Source of the DNA: Candidatus Magasanikbacteria bacterium RIFCSPHIGHO2_01_FULL_33_34
GTDB lineage: Bacteria; Patescibacteriota; Patescibacteriia; Magasanikbacterales; UBA922
Reading direction: 5' to 3'
Assembly: GCA_001782825.1 (NCBI GenBank)
Contig: MFPS01000008.1
Span: 73,012-137,011 of the forward strand
Length of the DNA: 64,000 nt
Made by a program: the position numbers and the translations under genes. Below the pieces are notes generated by a model that did not search any database, was not told where the DNA came from, and saw only the letters and a program-made list of their open reading frames with translations. Shown here in pieces: positions 30,305-38,802 of this stretch; position 1 is the first letter of the stretch; each line of letters starts with the position of its first letter.

Positions 30305-31642
30305 ATGAAAAAGGAGAAAATAGTTAAAAATAATAGTATTAGAGATGTAGGTGTTGTTGGTGAAGTTTATACTGATTATAGGGATACTTGGAGAGTTTTT
30401 AAAATAATGGCAGAATTGGTTGAAGGTTATAATTTTTTATCTTTACTTAAAAATGATGTGACAGTATTTGGGTCAGCGAGATTTAGTAATGAAAATAAAT
30501 ATTACAAAGAAGCTGAAAAGATAGGTTATTTGTTAGCAAAAAATAATTTTACTGTTATAACAGGTGGTGGCCCAGGTATAATGGAGGCAGCCAACAAAGG
30601 GGCATATGATGCTGGTGGTGAATCAGTCGGTCTCAATATACAATTACCTTTTGAACAACGTATAAATCCATATGTAAAGAAATCAACCGCTTTTCATTAT
30701 TTTTTTACGCGTAAGGTGATGTTGGTTTCTCCATCCTATGCTTTTATTATGTTTCCTGGTGGTTTTGGTACAATGGATGAATTTTTTGAAGTGGTTGACT
30801 TGATGGATCAAGGTGTAATGACTAAGGTGCCGGTTGTATTGGTAGGAAAAAGTTTTTGGCAACCATTAATTGATTTTTTGAAGACTAGTTGTTGTAGTGT
30901 CGGTTCAATCTCTCCAGACAAAATTGATGAATGGCATATAGTTGATACAGCCGAGGAAGCATTTGAATTAGTTAAAGATGTTGAAGGAGAATTGAATGTT
31001 TGTGATTTGTCACCAAACAATTTTTATTGTGAAGGAAATATAGACTGGAAGATATTTCGGGTAATGGCTGAGCTGGTTGAGGGTTTTGAATTTGTGACTG
31101 GTTTGACTAATGCTGTAACTATTTTAGGCACAAAAAGTATAGGAATTGATAGTCCTTATTATAATGATGCTTATACTTTGGGTCAAAAGCTCGCTAATAA
31201 AAAATATTCAGTTGTAACTGGTGGAAAATTTGGCACAGCAGAAGCGGCCAATAAGGGTGCATTTGAGGCTGGGGGATTTTCTTATGGTATAGGAGTAAGA
31301 ATAGGTAATAGAATTGAAGTTAATCATTATTTAAATAAATCTATTCTGTTTGATTTTCCATTTATAAGAAAATTAATAGTTACAGCGCCGACCAAGGCTT
31401 TAATATTTTTTCCAGGTGGTTTGGGCAGTATGCATCATTTATTTGAGGTAATGACATTAATGCAAACAAAAAAAATACCAAAAATACCAGTCATATTGTA
31501 TGATAATAATTTTTGGAGTCCATTGTATAATTTTATAAAAACTCAACTTGTTGAAGTAAATAAGACTATTGAATTAGTAGATTCAGAATTATTTAAAGTG
31601 GTAGATAGTGTTGATGAAATAATAGAAGAAATTAGTGAGTGA
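30305..31642 (+). CDS. Tandem fusion of two LOG-family (Rossmann-fold nucleotide-binding / cytokinin riboside 5'-monophosphate phosphoribohydrolase-like, TIGR00730) domains
   Basis: 445 aa. The first half has VFGSARF...TGGGPGIMEAANKGA...MFPGGFGTMDEFFEV. The second half repeats the pattern (GGKFGTAEAANKGA...FFPGGLGSMHHLFEV). It occupies the position where gatB is usually found. Confidence 0.75.
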   Translation: MKKEKIVKNNSIRDVGVVGEVYTDYRDTWRVFKIMAELVEGYNFLSLLKNDVTVFGSARFSNENKYYKEAEKIGYLLAKNNFTVITGGGPGIMEAANKGAYDAGGESVGLNIQLPFEQRINPYVKKSTAFHYFFTRKVMLVSPSYAFIMFPGGFGTMDEFFEVVDLMDQGVMTKVPVVLVGKSFWQPLIDFLKTSCCSVGSISPDKIDEWHIVDTAEEAFELVKDVEGELNVCDLSPNNFYCEGNIDWKIFRVMAELVEGFEFVTGLTNAVTILGTKSIGIDSPYYNDAYTLGQKLANKKYSVVTGGKFGTAEAANKGAFEAGGFSYGIGVRIGNRIEVNHYLNKSILFDFPFIRKLIVTAPTKALIFFPGGLGSMHHLFEVMTLMQTKKIPKIPVILYDNNFWSPLYNFIKTQLVEVNKTIELVDSELFKVVDSVDEIIEEISE

Positions 31643-32405
31643 TATGTTTAAGAATTTTTATTCGGTATTTTATGTGGGACCAATTCCTATTCAAGTTTGG
31701 GGATTTTTTGTTGCTTTGGGGATGATGTTGAGTTTTGTTATTATTTTGAAAAGAAGTAAAAAGTTTGGCTTGAATGCTGAAAAGAATCTAGATATTGGTG
31801 TATGGATTGTAGTTGCTGGACTTGTTTTTGCGCGATTATTTCATATATTTTTTTATGAATTTTCTTATTTTTTGGAAAATCCACTTGATATAATAAAAAT
31901 ATGGCAGGGTGGTATGTCATCTTTTGGTGGATTGTTTGGGGCAATATTTGCAATTTATATATTGTTAAAAAGAAAAAAAATATTGAAAAAAGATTTGATG
32001 TTATTGGGGGATTTATTTGCTTATTCTGCTTTGTATGGGTGGATGCTTGGTCGGGTCGGTTGTGTAATGATTCATGATCATCTGGGTAGAGTTACCAAGA
32101 GCATGTTTAGCGTGTTGACTATTGATGGGTTTAGATATGAGATGGCTTTTCTAGAAATTATTGGACTTATTCCTTTGGCAATTATTTTCTTTGTAACAAA
32201 GAAAAAGAAAATGTTTCAAGGTTATTATATTATTACACTTTTTATTTATTATGGAATACTTCGTTTTATTTTAGATTTTTTTAGGGCAACTGATATTGTA
32301 CATGCAGATGCAAGATACTTAGGATTGACTCCTGGGCAATATTTTGGTATTGTGCTCACAATTGTTGGCTTATATATATTAAGGAAGGTTCGCATAGTGG
32401 CCTAG
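31635..32405 (+). CDS. lgt: Prolipoprotein diacylglyceryl transferase
   Basis: 256 aa. IWQGGMSSFGGLFG resembles the Lgt motif VWDGGMSFHGGLIG, and LGRVGCVMIHDHLGRV is a variant of the Lgt signature. The 3' end overlaps the tRNA-Ser gene by about 23 nt. Confidence 0.75.
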   Translation: MSDMFKNFYSVFYVGPIPIQVWGFFVALGMMLSFVIILKRSKKFGLNAEKNLDIGVWIVVAGLVFARLFHIFFYEFSYFLENPLDIIKIWQGGMSSFGGLFGAIFAIYILLKRKKILKKDLMLLGDLFAYSALYGWMLGRVGCVMIHDHLGRVTKSMFSVLTIDGFRYEMAFLEIIGLIPLAIIFFVTKKKKMFQGYYIITLFIYYGILRFILDFFRATDIVHADARYLGLTPGQYFGIVLTIVGLYILRKVRIVA

Positions 32406-32467
32406 TGCGCACGCTTGGAAAGCGTGTATACCGCAAGGTATCGAGGGTTCAAATCCCTCACCTTCCG
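32383..32467 (+). tRNA. tRNA-Ser(GGA) (class II, long variable arm)
   Basis: GGAAGGUUCGCAUAGUGGCCUAGUGCGCACGCUUGGAAAGCGUGUAUACCGCAAGGUAUCGAGGGUUCAAAUCCCUCACCUUCCG. Anticodon stem CACGC/GCGUG with loop UUGGAAA, and a 5-bp variable stem AUACC/GGUAU. Followed by a hairpin at 32478-32502. Confidence 0.85.
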
Positions 32468-32544
32468 CTGAGTAAAACCTAGATAAAATGTTTTATCTAG
32501 GTTTATACTACAAATAATAGGTTGAATATAAAAAGGAGATAAAA

Positions 32545-33063
32545 ATGTGTGAAAAAAATTGCGTAGAACAAGCCAAAACATGGCTTAAATATGCGAGAGC
32601 TGGCTCTTTCATGTGTGATTCATATATTGAGTATATTCGTAAGGAAGTTTGTAATGGTGAAATCTCACTTATTGATATTGGTACTAGTGAGGAAGAACTC
32701 AAAGAACTATTGGTTAGTAGTTATAAAAAAAATGTTATTGCTTGGCTTGAGAATTTACGTAGGGGTAATAGTCAATATTCTTCTATAATTAGTTATGTAC
32801 GCAATACAGTTAGTAAAATAGGGCTTTCACTTGCTGATATTGGTACTAGTGAGGAGGAGTTTGTTAGGCTTAAAAGAAAAGGTCAAATTATTATGGCTAA
32901 TTATTGGCTTGAACAGTTACCTAACACTATCAAATATTCTCATTGTATTGCGTTAGTTGGGTATATATGTGATGAAATTATTGAAGGCGATCTTTCATTT
33001 GTTGAAGTGGGTACTAGTGTAAAGGAACTTGTTTCTTTTATCTTAGTTAAGGCTCAAAATTAA
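32545..33063 (+). CDS. Hypothetical protein made of three roughly 55-aa tandem repeats, each ending in (I/V)(D/E)(I/V)GTSEEE(L/F)
   Basis: 172 aa. Repeats: ...LIDIGTSEEELKELL / ...LADIGTSEEEFVRLK / ...FVEVGTSVKELVSFI. Each carries a W-L-x-x-L ... Y-x-x-I-x-Y-(I/V)-R prefix. No known family. Confidence 0.5.
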   Translation: MCEKNCVEQAKTWLKYARAGSFMCDSYIEYIRKEVCNGEISLIDIGTSEEELKELLVSSYKKNVIAWLENLRRGNSQYSSIISYVRNTVSKIGLSLADIGTSEEEFVRLKRKGQIIMANYWLEQLPNTIKYSHCIALVGYICDEIIEGDLSFVEVGTSVKELVSFILVKAQN

Positions 33064-33169
33064 TGTTCAAACATTTTGGCATAGGCGTGTACTATCATGG
33101 TATGACGCCTTTTCTTTTTTTCAAAAAGATTCTATAATTGTTTTAGTTATATTAAAAATTTTTATTGAT

Positions 33170-33799
33170 ATGGTAGAAAATAATAAAAAAATTAGTGGTT
33201 TGGCTATTGGAGTATTGATTGTCTCAAATTCTTTGCCAATTTTTGGTGTATTATTTTTGGAATGGAATCTTTTTTCAATTTTATTTTTGTATTGGCTTGA
33301 GAATATTGTGGTTGGGATGTATGCAATGTTAAGAATATGGCGAGCTGAATTACCGCCAAAAGCTCCAATAAAGGTAACTAAAATCACTGGTGAGACTTAT
33401 ATTTATAAAGTTTCGGCATATTTATCTTTTTTTTTAGTCCATTATGGTATGTTTACCTTTGTTCACGGGATATTTATATATATGATGTTTATGCCTTTTT
33501 TTGAATCATTGGATTGGGTTTTAATAGCATTTTTGGGATTGTTTGTCAGTCATGGTATCTCACATTTTAAAAATTTTGTTGGAAATCAAGAATATTTGAG
33601 CACTTCTCCTGACAAAGAAATGTTGGCACCGTATAAGAGAGTTGTGGTTATGCATTTGACTATTATAGCCGGTGGTTTTTTTGTAACAGAAGTTGGATCA
33701 CCAATTTATGCAATAGTTATTTTGGTTATATTAAAGATTTTTATTGACTTGAGTTCACATTTGTCTGAACACAAAAAATATGCAAAGAGTAGAAAATAA
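33170..33799 (+). CDS. Hypothetical integral membrane protein (about 5 TM)
   Basis: 209 aa, hydrophobic. No recognised motif. Confidence 0.5.
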   Translation: MVENNKKISGLAIGVLIVSNSLPIFGVLFLEWNLFSILFLYWLENIVVGMYAMLRIWRAELPPKAPIKVTKITGETYIYKVSAYLSFFLVHYGMFTFVHGIFIYMMFMPFFESLDWVLIAFLGLFVSHGISHFKNFVGNQEYLSTSPDKEMLAPYKRVVVMHLTIIAGGFFVTEVGSPIYAIVILVILKIFIDLSSHLSEHKKYAKSRK

Positions 33800-34073
33800 A
33801 AAGTTTAAAGATATAGTATTGGAGATAGTTGCAAAAATACCACGGGGTAGTGTTTTGACATACAAAGAAGTGGCGGAAATGGCTGGTAGCCAAAGAGCTT
33901 CTCGAGCAGTGGGTAATATAATAAAGAAAAATTATAATCCAAGTATACCTTGTCATCGGGTTGTAAAATCAGATGGTAATGTAGGTGAGTATAATCGAGG
34001 ACAAGAAAATAAAATAAAAATTTTAAAAAAAGAGGGGGTTATTATTAAAAATAAAAAAATATATAATAAATAG
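33780..34073 (+). CDS. ogt: Methylated-DNA-protein-cysteine methyltransferase, single-domain form (MGMT/Ogt C-terminal domain only)
   Basis: 97 aa. Active-site motif IPCHRVV, HTH (LTYKEVAEMAG) and NIIKKNYNPS. Lacks the usual N-terminal domain. Confidence 0.75.
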   Translation: MQRVENKKFKDIVLEIVAKIPRGSVLTYKEVAEMAGSQRASRAVGNIIKKNYNPSIPCHRVVKSDGNVGEYNRGQENKIKILKKEGVIIKNKKIYNK

Positions 34074-34082
34074 TTTGTATAG

Positions 34083-34114
34083 ATGTATCCCTGCTGATGG
34101 CGGGGATACATCTA
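34083..34114. terminator. Perfect 11-bp-stem palindrome (AGATGTATCCC-N10-GGGATACATCT) between convergent genes; bidirectional terminator or binding site
   Basis: Exact inverted repeat seen directly. Sits after the ogt stop on plus and the 73-aa ORF stop on minus. Confidence 0.4.
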
Positions 34115-34129
34115 GTTGTTGGTGGCAAA

Positions 34130-34351
34130 TTATCTTGGCCTTTTTTTTGGTTGGCATTCTCGCCAGCCATTGATAGCCGTGAAAATGGATGTATGCACAC
34201 TCCATGCTATTAATTCAAGCAGTTCTTCTTTTTGGATTATTAAATCTATTTCTTCGTTTGTTAGTTTTAATCCTTTTGAATTTAAAGCTTCAAGAACTTT
34301 TTTTGACAGAGTTTCATGGATTAATTTTTTTTTCCACCACCACATTGTCAT
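34130..34351 (-). CDS. Small hypothetical protein (73 aa), last gene of the semiSWEET / HExxH-membrane-protein operon
   Basis: MTMWWWKKKLIHETLSKKVLEALNSKGLKLTNEEIDLIIQKEELLELIA... Strong Shine-Dalgarno (AGGGGGGG) 8 nt upstream on the minus strand. Confidence 0.4.
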   Translation of the reverse strand: MTMWWWKKKLIHETLSKKVLEALNSKGLKLTNEEIDLIIQKEELLELIAWSVHTSIFTAINGWRECQPKKRPR

Positions 34352-34404
34352 GTGTAGCCCCCCTATTTATTCTATACTAGAATACATTTTTAAATAAGTC
34401 AATA

Positions 34405-35214
34405 TTAACGCTTACTAATAAGTTTTTTAGGTAATTTTAATAAAATATAAGCAAATAATAGGTGAATAGTAGATATAATGATGGAATAAAGAAAAATTGC
34501 CGTTAAAAAATTCATATAATTTTTGATTTTTAGAATAGTATTGGTAGGATTTAAATTAAATAAGATTCCAAAAATATTGATAAGTAATAATATAAAAATT
34601 ATATACAAAAAACCACTCCACATACCTTTTCTATCTACTTTGCTTGGTGCAAGGTGAGAGGCGATACAAAATGATAAATATAAAAAAAGCCAATAATTCC
34701 AGCTTTTTAGAGCTGAAATTGATAAAAAAGAATTTTTTATGCCAATAGATATTTTTGTAATTAAATTTGTTATATTGTCAGTGCTTGATAAAATAGAAAT
34801 TAATTCTTTTCCATGGGGTAAAAAAAAGTAAGCTAATAAAATTAATACGATTGAGCCAAAAATCATTGGTGCTACACCTATAAAAAAATTGCCTATGCGT
34901 TGATACAAGCTAGTTTTCTTGAAACTATGGTCAACACTCCCAAGTTCACCAGTTTCTTGATTTGGGTCAAATAGTTTGAATTTTATAATTTTGTGCCTAA
35001 AAAGTTTTGCAAAAAAATAATGACCAAATTCGTGAAATGGTGTACCAACCCAGGCTGTCCAAAGAATACCTTTCCATCCGATAGTTTGTTGATAAATTTT
35101 GTGAGTTTTTTCTTGGAGTTTTGATAGGATAAAACCTAGGATAAAAAAAATGCCAAATAATCCAAATATCTGTAAAAAAGTTAATTTGAAAACTGCTATA
35201 AAAAAATCGTACAT
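34405..35214 (-). CDS. Integral membrane protein with an HExxH motif (putative zinc metalloprotease)
   Basis: 269 aa, about 6 TM. GTPFHEFGHYFFAKLF sits just after TM2. Assignment to the M50 family or to the DUF3267-like putative zincin family (recalled name) is tentative. Confidence 0.5.
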   Translation of the reverse strand: MYDFFIAVFKLTFLQIFGLFGIFFILGFILSKLQEKTHKIYQQTIGWKGILWTAWVGTPFHEFGHYFFAKLFRHKIIKFKLFDPNQETGELGSVDHSFKKTSLYQRIGNFFIGVAPMIFGSIVLILLAYFFLPHGKELISILSSTDNITNLITKISIGIKNSFLSISALKSWNYWLFLYLSFCIASHLAPSKVDRKGMWSGFLYIIFILLLINIFGILFNLNPTNTILKIKNYMNFLTAIFLYSIIISTIHLLFAYILLKLPKKLISKR

Positions 35215-35232
35215 AATATTTTGGATAGAAAA

Positions 35233-35574
35233 CTAGCCATATAATAGTCTACCAATAGCAATTGCCGTATTTATAAAAAATAAAGAAACATAAAGTGCTA
35301 TTATGGGTTTTTCTTTGTGCGCAATACCATAAAATATCCAAATTGTATTTGTAATTGCAAGGCCTGTATAAGTAATTAATGATATGCCAGCAGCATTTTG
35401 TGTAGTCCATATTTTCCAAATTTGTGGCAAAATAAGTAGTGGCGTGATAATACAGATAACATAAATAAGATAGTCTAAAAATCGTTTGGCTGGTTCTGGG
35501 TGTGGTATGGGTTCCAATTTTCTTTTGTTAGACCTTTTTCTGTTATGAAAATGACGGATTATTGAGTTAGGCAT
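35233..35574 (-). CDS. SemiSWEET / PQ-loop (MtN3-like) 3-TM transporter with a roughly 30-aa basic N-terminal extension
   Basis: 113 aa. PQ motif in TM1 (PLLILPQIWKIWTTQN) and three TM helices. Size is typical of bacterial SemiSWEETs. Confidence 0.6.
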   Translation of the reverse strand: MPNSIIRHFHNRKRSNKRKLEPIPHPEPAKRFLDYLIYVICIITPLLILPQIWKIWTTQNAAGISLITYTGLAITNTIWIFYGIAHKEKPIIALYVSLFFINTAIAIGRLLYG

Positions 35575-35656
35575 AATTTATTATATTAGAAGTGTGTGTA
35601 TTATAGCATAAATAAAAAGAACCTTCATTAAATTTGAAGATTCTTTTTATTTAAAT

Positions 35657-35980
35657 TTATTTTTGTACAGCTTTTTTTACTTTAGTTGTTGCTTTTTTTA
35701 TGGTTGTTGGAATTACATTCGCATATTTAGCTATTTTGAGTTTTCCATCAAAACGAATTCGTTTTTTTTGGGTAAATTTTACTATTCCTGCGATTGTGGC
35801 AAAAAGTGTATCGTCTTTGCCTTTTTTTACATTTTTGCCAGGATGAATTTTGGTTCCTCTTTGGCGAACTATAACTGCGCCTGCGTTTATTGTCTGGCCA
35901 TCGCCTACTTTAACGCCTAGGTACTGTGGATTAGAATCTCTGCCGAGACGGGTAGATCCGCCTGCTTTTTTATGAGCCAT
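35657..35980 (-). CDS. rpmA: 50S ribosomal protein L27 with a Lys-rich C-terminal extension
   Basis: [51 protein letters not shown] is the canonical L27 core. Total 107 aa. Confidence 0.9.
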   Translation of the reverse strand: MAHKKAGGSTRLGRDSNPQYLGVKVGDGQTINAGAVIVRQRGTKIHPGKNVKKGKDDTLFATIAGIVKFTQKKRIRFDGKLKIAKYANVIPTTIKKATTKVKKAVQK

Positions 35981-36088
35981 ATTTGGTTCACACTATAAAA
36001 CCCAGATTATAAATCTGGAACCGCCTCCCGAATGATCGCTCATTGAGCGTCGGGATCGTTAACCATGCCGTTTAATATTATGTGCATC

Positions 36089-36139
36089 ATTGTATCAGCT
36101 TATTTTGTGGTTGTCAAGAGGGGGATTTGTATGTATAAT
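36089..36139. promoter_or_regulatory. Divergent promoter pair sharing one palindromic -35 (TTGTCAA/TTGACAA at 36111-36117). The minus side drives rpmA (-10 TACAAT) and the plus side drives the 36152 gene (-10 TATAAT).
   Basis: Plus: TTGTCA-N17-TATAAT (36111-36139). Minus: TTGACA-N17-TACAAT (36117 down to 36089). The rpmA 5' UTR of about 100 nt contains the hairpins CCCGA...UCGGG and CCAGAUUUAUAAUCUGG. Confidence 0.4.
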
Positions 36140-36151
36140 TAAGTTAAAAAT

Positions 36152-36514
36152 ATGGGAAAGCATACTTATCCAATAAAATTATATTTTAAATATCGTCTTA
36201 ATTTGGTGATGTTTATTTTGGCTTTTTTGATAAATTTATCAAATTGGATTTGGGTAGTATTGAAAATAAGGCCACAAAAGGATTTGATTTTTTTGCATTA
36301 TAATATTTTATTTGGAGTTGATTATATTGGTGAGTGGTGGCGAGTGTATTTTGTGGCTATGACTGGATTGGTTATATTTATTATTAATTTTTTGTTAGGT
36401 TGGCTTTTGTTTAATAAGGACAAGTTTGTATCCATATTAATGAATATTGTAAATATAGTTGCGCAGATTTTTCTTTTGATAGCTACTGCTATATTAGTAT
36501 TTTTGAATGTTTAG
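36152..36514 (+). CDS. Small hypothetical membrane protein (3 TM) upstream of ftsW
   Basis: 120 aa, hydrophobic. The start is very close to the predicted transcription start site, so the transcript may be near-leaderless. Confidence 0.45.
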   Translation: MGKHTYPIKLYFKYRLNLVMFILAFLINLSNWIWVVLKIRPQKDLIFLHYNILFGVDYIGEWWRVYFVAMTGLVIFIINFLLGWLLFNKDKFVSILMNIVNIVAQIFLLIATAILVFLNV

Positions 36515-36520
36515 TCTTTT

Positions 36521-37630
36521 ATGAATAAAGCAAATGAACACAAAGCTGATTATGTTTTGCTTATTTATTTTATAATTTTACTTGCTTTTGGTTTGTTGAT
36601 GCTGACTTCAGCTAGTGCGCCACTTGGTTATAATAAGTTTGGTGATAAATATTTTTTTATAAAGCGACAATTATTGGTAGGTGTTTTGCCAGGTGTATTC
36701 CTTTTTCTGTATTTTTCCAAATTTTATTATAAAAAATTAGCAAAATATGCTGGTCTTATCTTTATTGTAACTTTACTATTATCATTTTTAGTATTTATTC
36801 CTGGTATTGGATCCTCATTGAATACCGGCGCAAAAAGTTGGATAGTGATATTTGGCTATTCTATGCAACCAGCAGAATTTTTAAAGCTTGGTATGATTAT
36901 TTTTTTGGCATATCAGATAAGTCGTATAAAAGATGATTTGACAGATTTTAAAAAAGGTTTTTTACCTACATTAGGTCTTGGACTTATACCGCTTGCATTA
37001 GTGGTTTTACAACCAGATATTGGCACAGCTTCGGTTTTGTTTGCTATATTATTTGGAATTCTTTTTTTGGGTGAGGCTAAACTTCAGCATATGGCATTGT
37101 TGGCTGGAGCAGGTATTGGTGGTTTTGTCTTGATGATTATTGTTGCGCCGTATCGGGCTGCTCGTTTTATGACTTTTTTACATCCAGAGTTGGATCAGCT
37201 TGGAGTGGGTTATCATATAAACCAAGCATTTTTAGCGATTGGCAGTGGTGGTTGGCTTGGTAGGGGACTTTGGGGTTCAGTGCGTAAATATGAATTTTTG
37301 CCAGAGGTAAATGCTGATAGTATTTTTGCTATTATGGCAGAAGAGATTGGGTTTTTGTTTACAGTTGCATTTATTGTATTGATAATGTTAATCTGTTTTA
37401 GAGGGTTACGAATTGCTAAAAATGCTCCAGATGTATTTAGTAAGTTACTTGTTTCTGGAATAATTATTTGGTTTGTTTCTCAATCATTTTTTAATATAGC
37501 GGCTATGGTGGGTTTGATGCCTTTGACGGGTTTACCTTTACCATTTGTAAGTCATGGTGGCACAGCTCTTTTGATTGCAATGGTATCAGTTGGTATATTA
37601 ATAAATGTGAGTAAATATACATTAGAGTAA
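36521..37630 (+). CDS. ftsW: SEDS-family peptidoglycan glycosyltransferase FtsW/RodA
   Basis: 369 aa, about 10 TM. QPDIGTA, LPLPFVSHGGTALL, and the LPEVNADSIFA-type motif. Confidence 0.85.
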   Translation: MNKANEHKADYVLLIYFIILLAFGLLMLTSASAPLGYNKFGDKYFFIKRQLLVGVLPGVFLFLYFSKFYYKKLAKYAGLIFIVTLLLSFLVFIPGIGSSLNTGAKSWIVIFGYSMQPAEFLKLGMIIFLAYQISRIKDDLTDFKKGFLPTLGLGLIPLALVVLQPDIGTASVLFAILFGILFLGEAKLQHMALLAGAGIGGFVLMIIVAPYRAARFMTFLHPELDQLGVGYHINQAFLAIGSGGWLGRGLWGSVRKYEFLPEVNADSIFAIMAEEIGFLFTVAFIVLIMLICFRGLRIAKNAPDVFSKLLVSGIIIWFVSQSFFNIAAMVGLMPLTGLPLPFVSHGGTALLIAMVSVGILINVSKYTLE

Positions 37631-37635
37631 TAAAT

Positions 37636-38733
37636 ATGGTAGAAAAAAATAAAAAATTAAAAGTAGTTTTTTCTGGTGGTGGTACGCTTGGTTCGGTAAC
37701 GCCTCTTATTTCAGTATATGATGCCATAAAAGAAAAATATCCCAATACAGAGTTCTTTTGGGTTGGTACTAAAAATGGTCCTGAAAAAGTGTTGATTGAA
37801 GATAAAGGTATTAGATTTTTGGTATTTTTTTCTGGAAAATTGCGTAGATATGTATCTTTATATAATATTATTGATTTATTTAAAATTATTATAGGTTTTT
37901 TTGAATCTTTAATTTTTTTAAAAAAAGAAAAACCAGATTTATGTATTTCTGCTGGTGGTTTTGTGTCTGTTCCTTTGCATTGGGCCACTAGATTTATAAA
38001 AATACCAACATGGATACATCAGCAAGATGTTCGAGTAGGCTTGTCAAATAAGTTGATGTCATCTTTTGCGACGGTTATAACAACCGCACTTGAGCAAAAT
38101 TCCAATTATTTTCCAATTGAAAAGACAGTTTATTTGGGTAATCCGGTGAGGCAAGATATTTTGGATGTGGACAAACAAAAAGCAATTGAGTTGTTTGGTA
38201 TCAGTAGAAAAAAACCAATAGTTTTGGTTACTGGTGGTGGAACAGGTTCTGAAAATGTAAATAGATTGGTGGCAGATTCTGTTGAATACTTGAAAGACAC
38301 TTGTGATATAATCCACCTCTCAGGAAAAGATAGATCTCATGAATTATTGAATAAAATTGCTCTTGATAATGATCATTATAAAACTTTTTCTTTTCTTCAA
38401 GATGAAATGAAGCATGCTTATGCGGTTGCTGATTTGGTAATATCTAGAGGTGGTTTTGGTACATTAACTGAATTATCAATTTTGAAAAAACCAGCTATAA
38501 TTATACCAATTCCAGGACATCAAGAAGAAAATGTAGCATTTCTTGCAAAAAGTGGCGCAGTTATTTTGGTGGATCAAAGTACTTGCACAGGTCAGAAATT
38601 GGCTAGCATTGTTAAGGATATTCTTGGTGACAAGGAAAGTATGCAAAATATGAGTGAAAAGTTATCAAAATTAATTCGAGTATCCAAAAAACAGGATATT
38701 TTGAATATTTTTGAAAAAATAATAATTAAGTAA
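37636..38733 (+). CDS. murG: UDP-GlcNAc:MurNAc-pentapeptide-undecaprenol GlcNAc transferase
   Basis: 365 aa. FSGGGTLGSVTP, GGFVS, TGGGTGSENVN and ISRGGFGTLTEL, a GT28 two-domain fold. Confidence 0.9.
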   Translation: MVEKNKKLKVVFSGGGTLGSVTPLISVYDAIKEKYPNTEFFWVGTKNGPEKVLIEDKGIRFLVFFSGKLRRYVSLYNIIDLFKIIIGFFESLIFLKKEKPDLCISAGGFVSVPLHWATRFIKIPTWIHQQDVRVGLSNKLMSSFATVITTALEQNSNYFPIEKTVYLGNPVRQDILDVDKQKAIELFGISRKKPIVLVTGGGTGSENVNRLVADSVEYLKDTCDIIHLSGKDRSHELLNKIALDNDHYKTFSFLQDEMKHAYAVADLVISRGGFGTLTELSILKKPAIIIPIPGHQEENVAFLAKSGAVILVDQSTCTGQKLASIVKDILGDKESMQNMSEKLSKLIRVSKKQDILNIFEKIIIK

Positions 38734-38802
38734 TATTTATACACAATTATTTATTTTTTTATATAATGTTATAATAAACAAGAGCTGTATATAAAAAATC
38801 TT

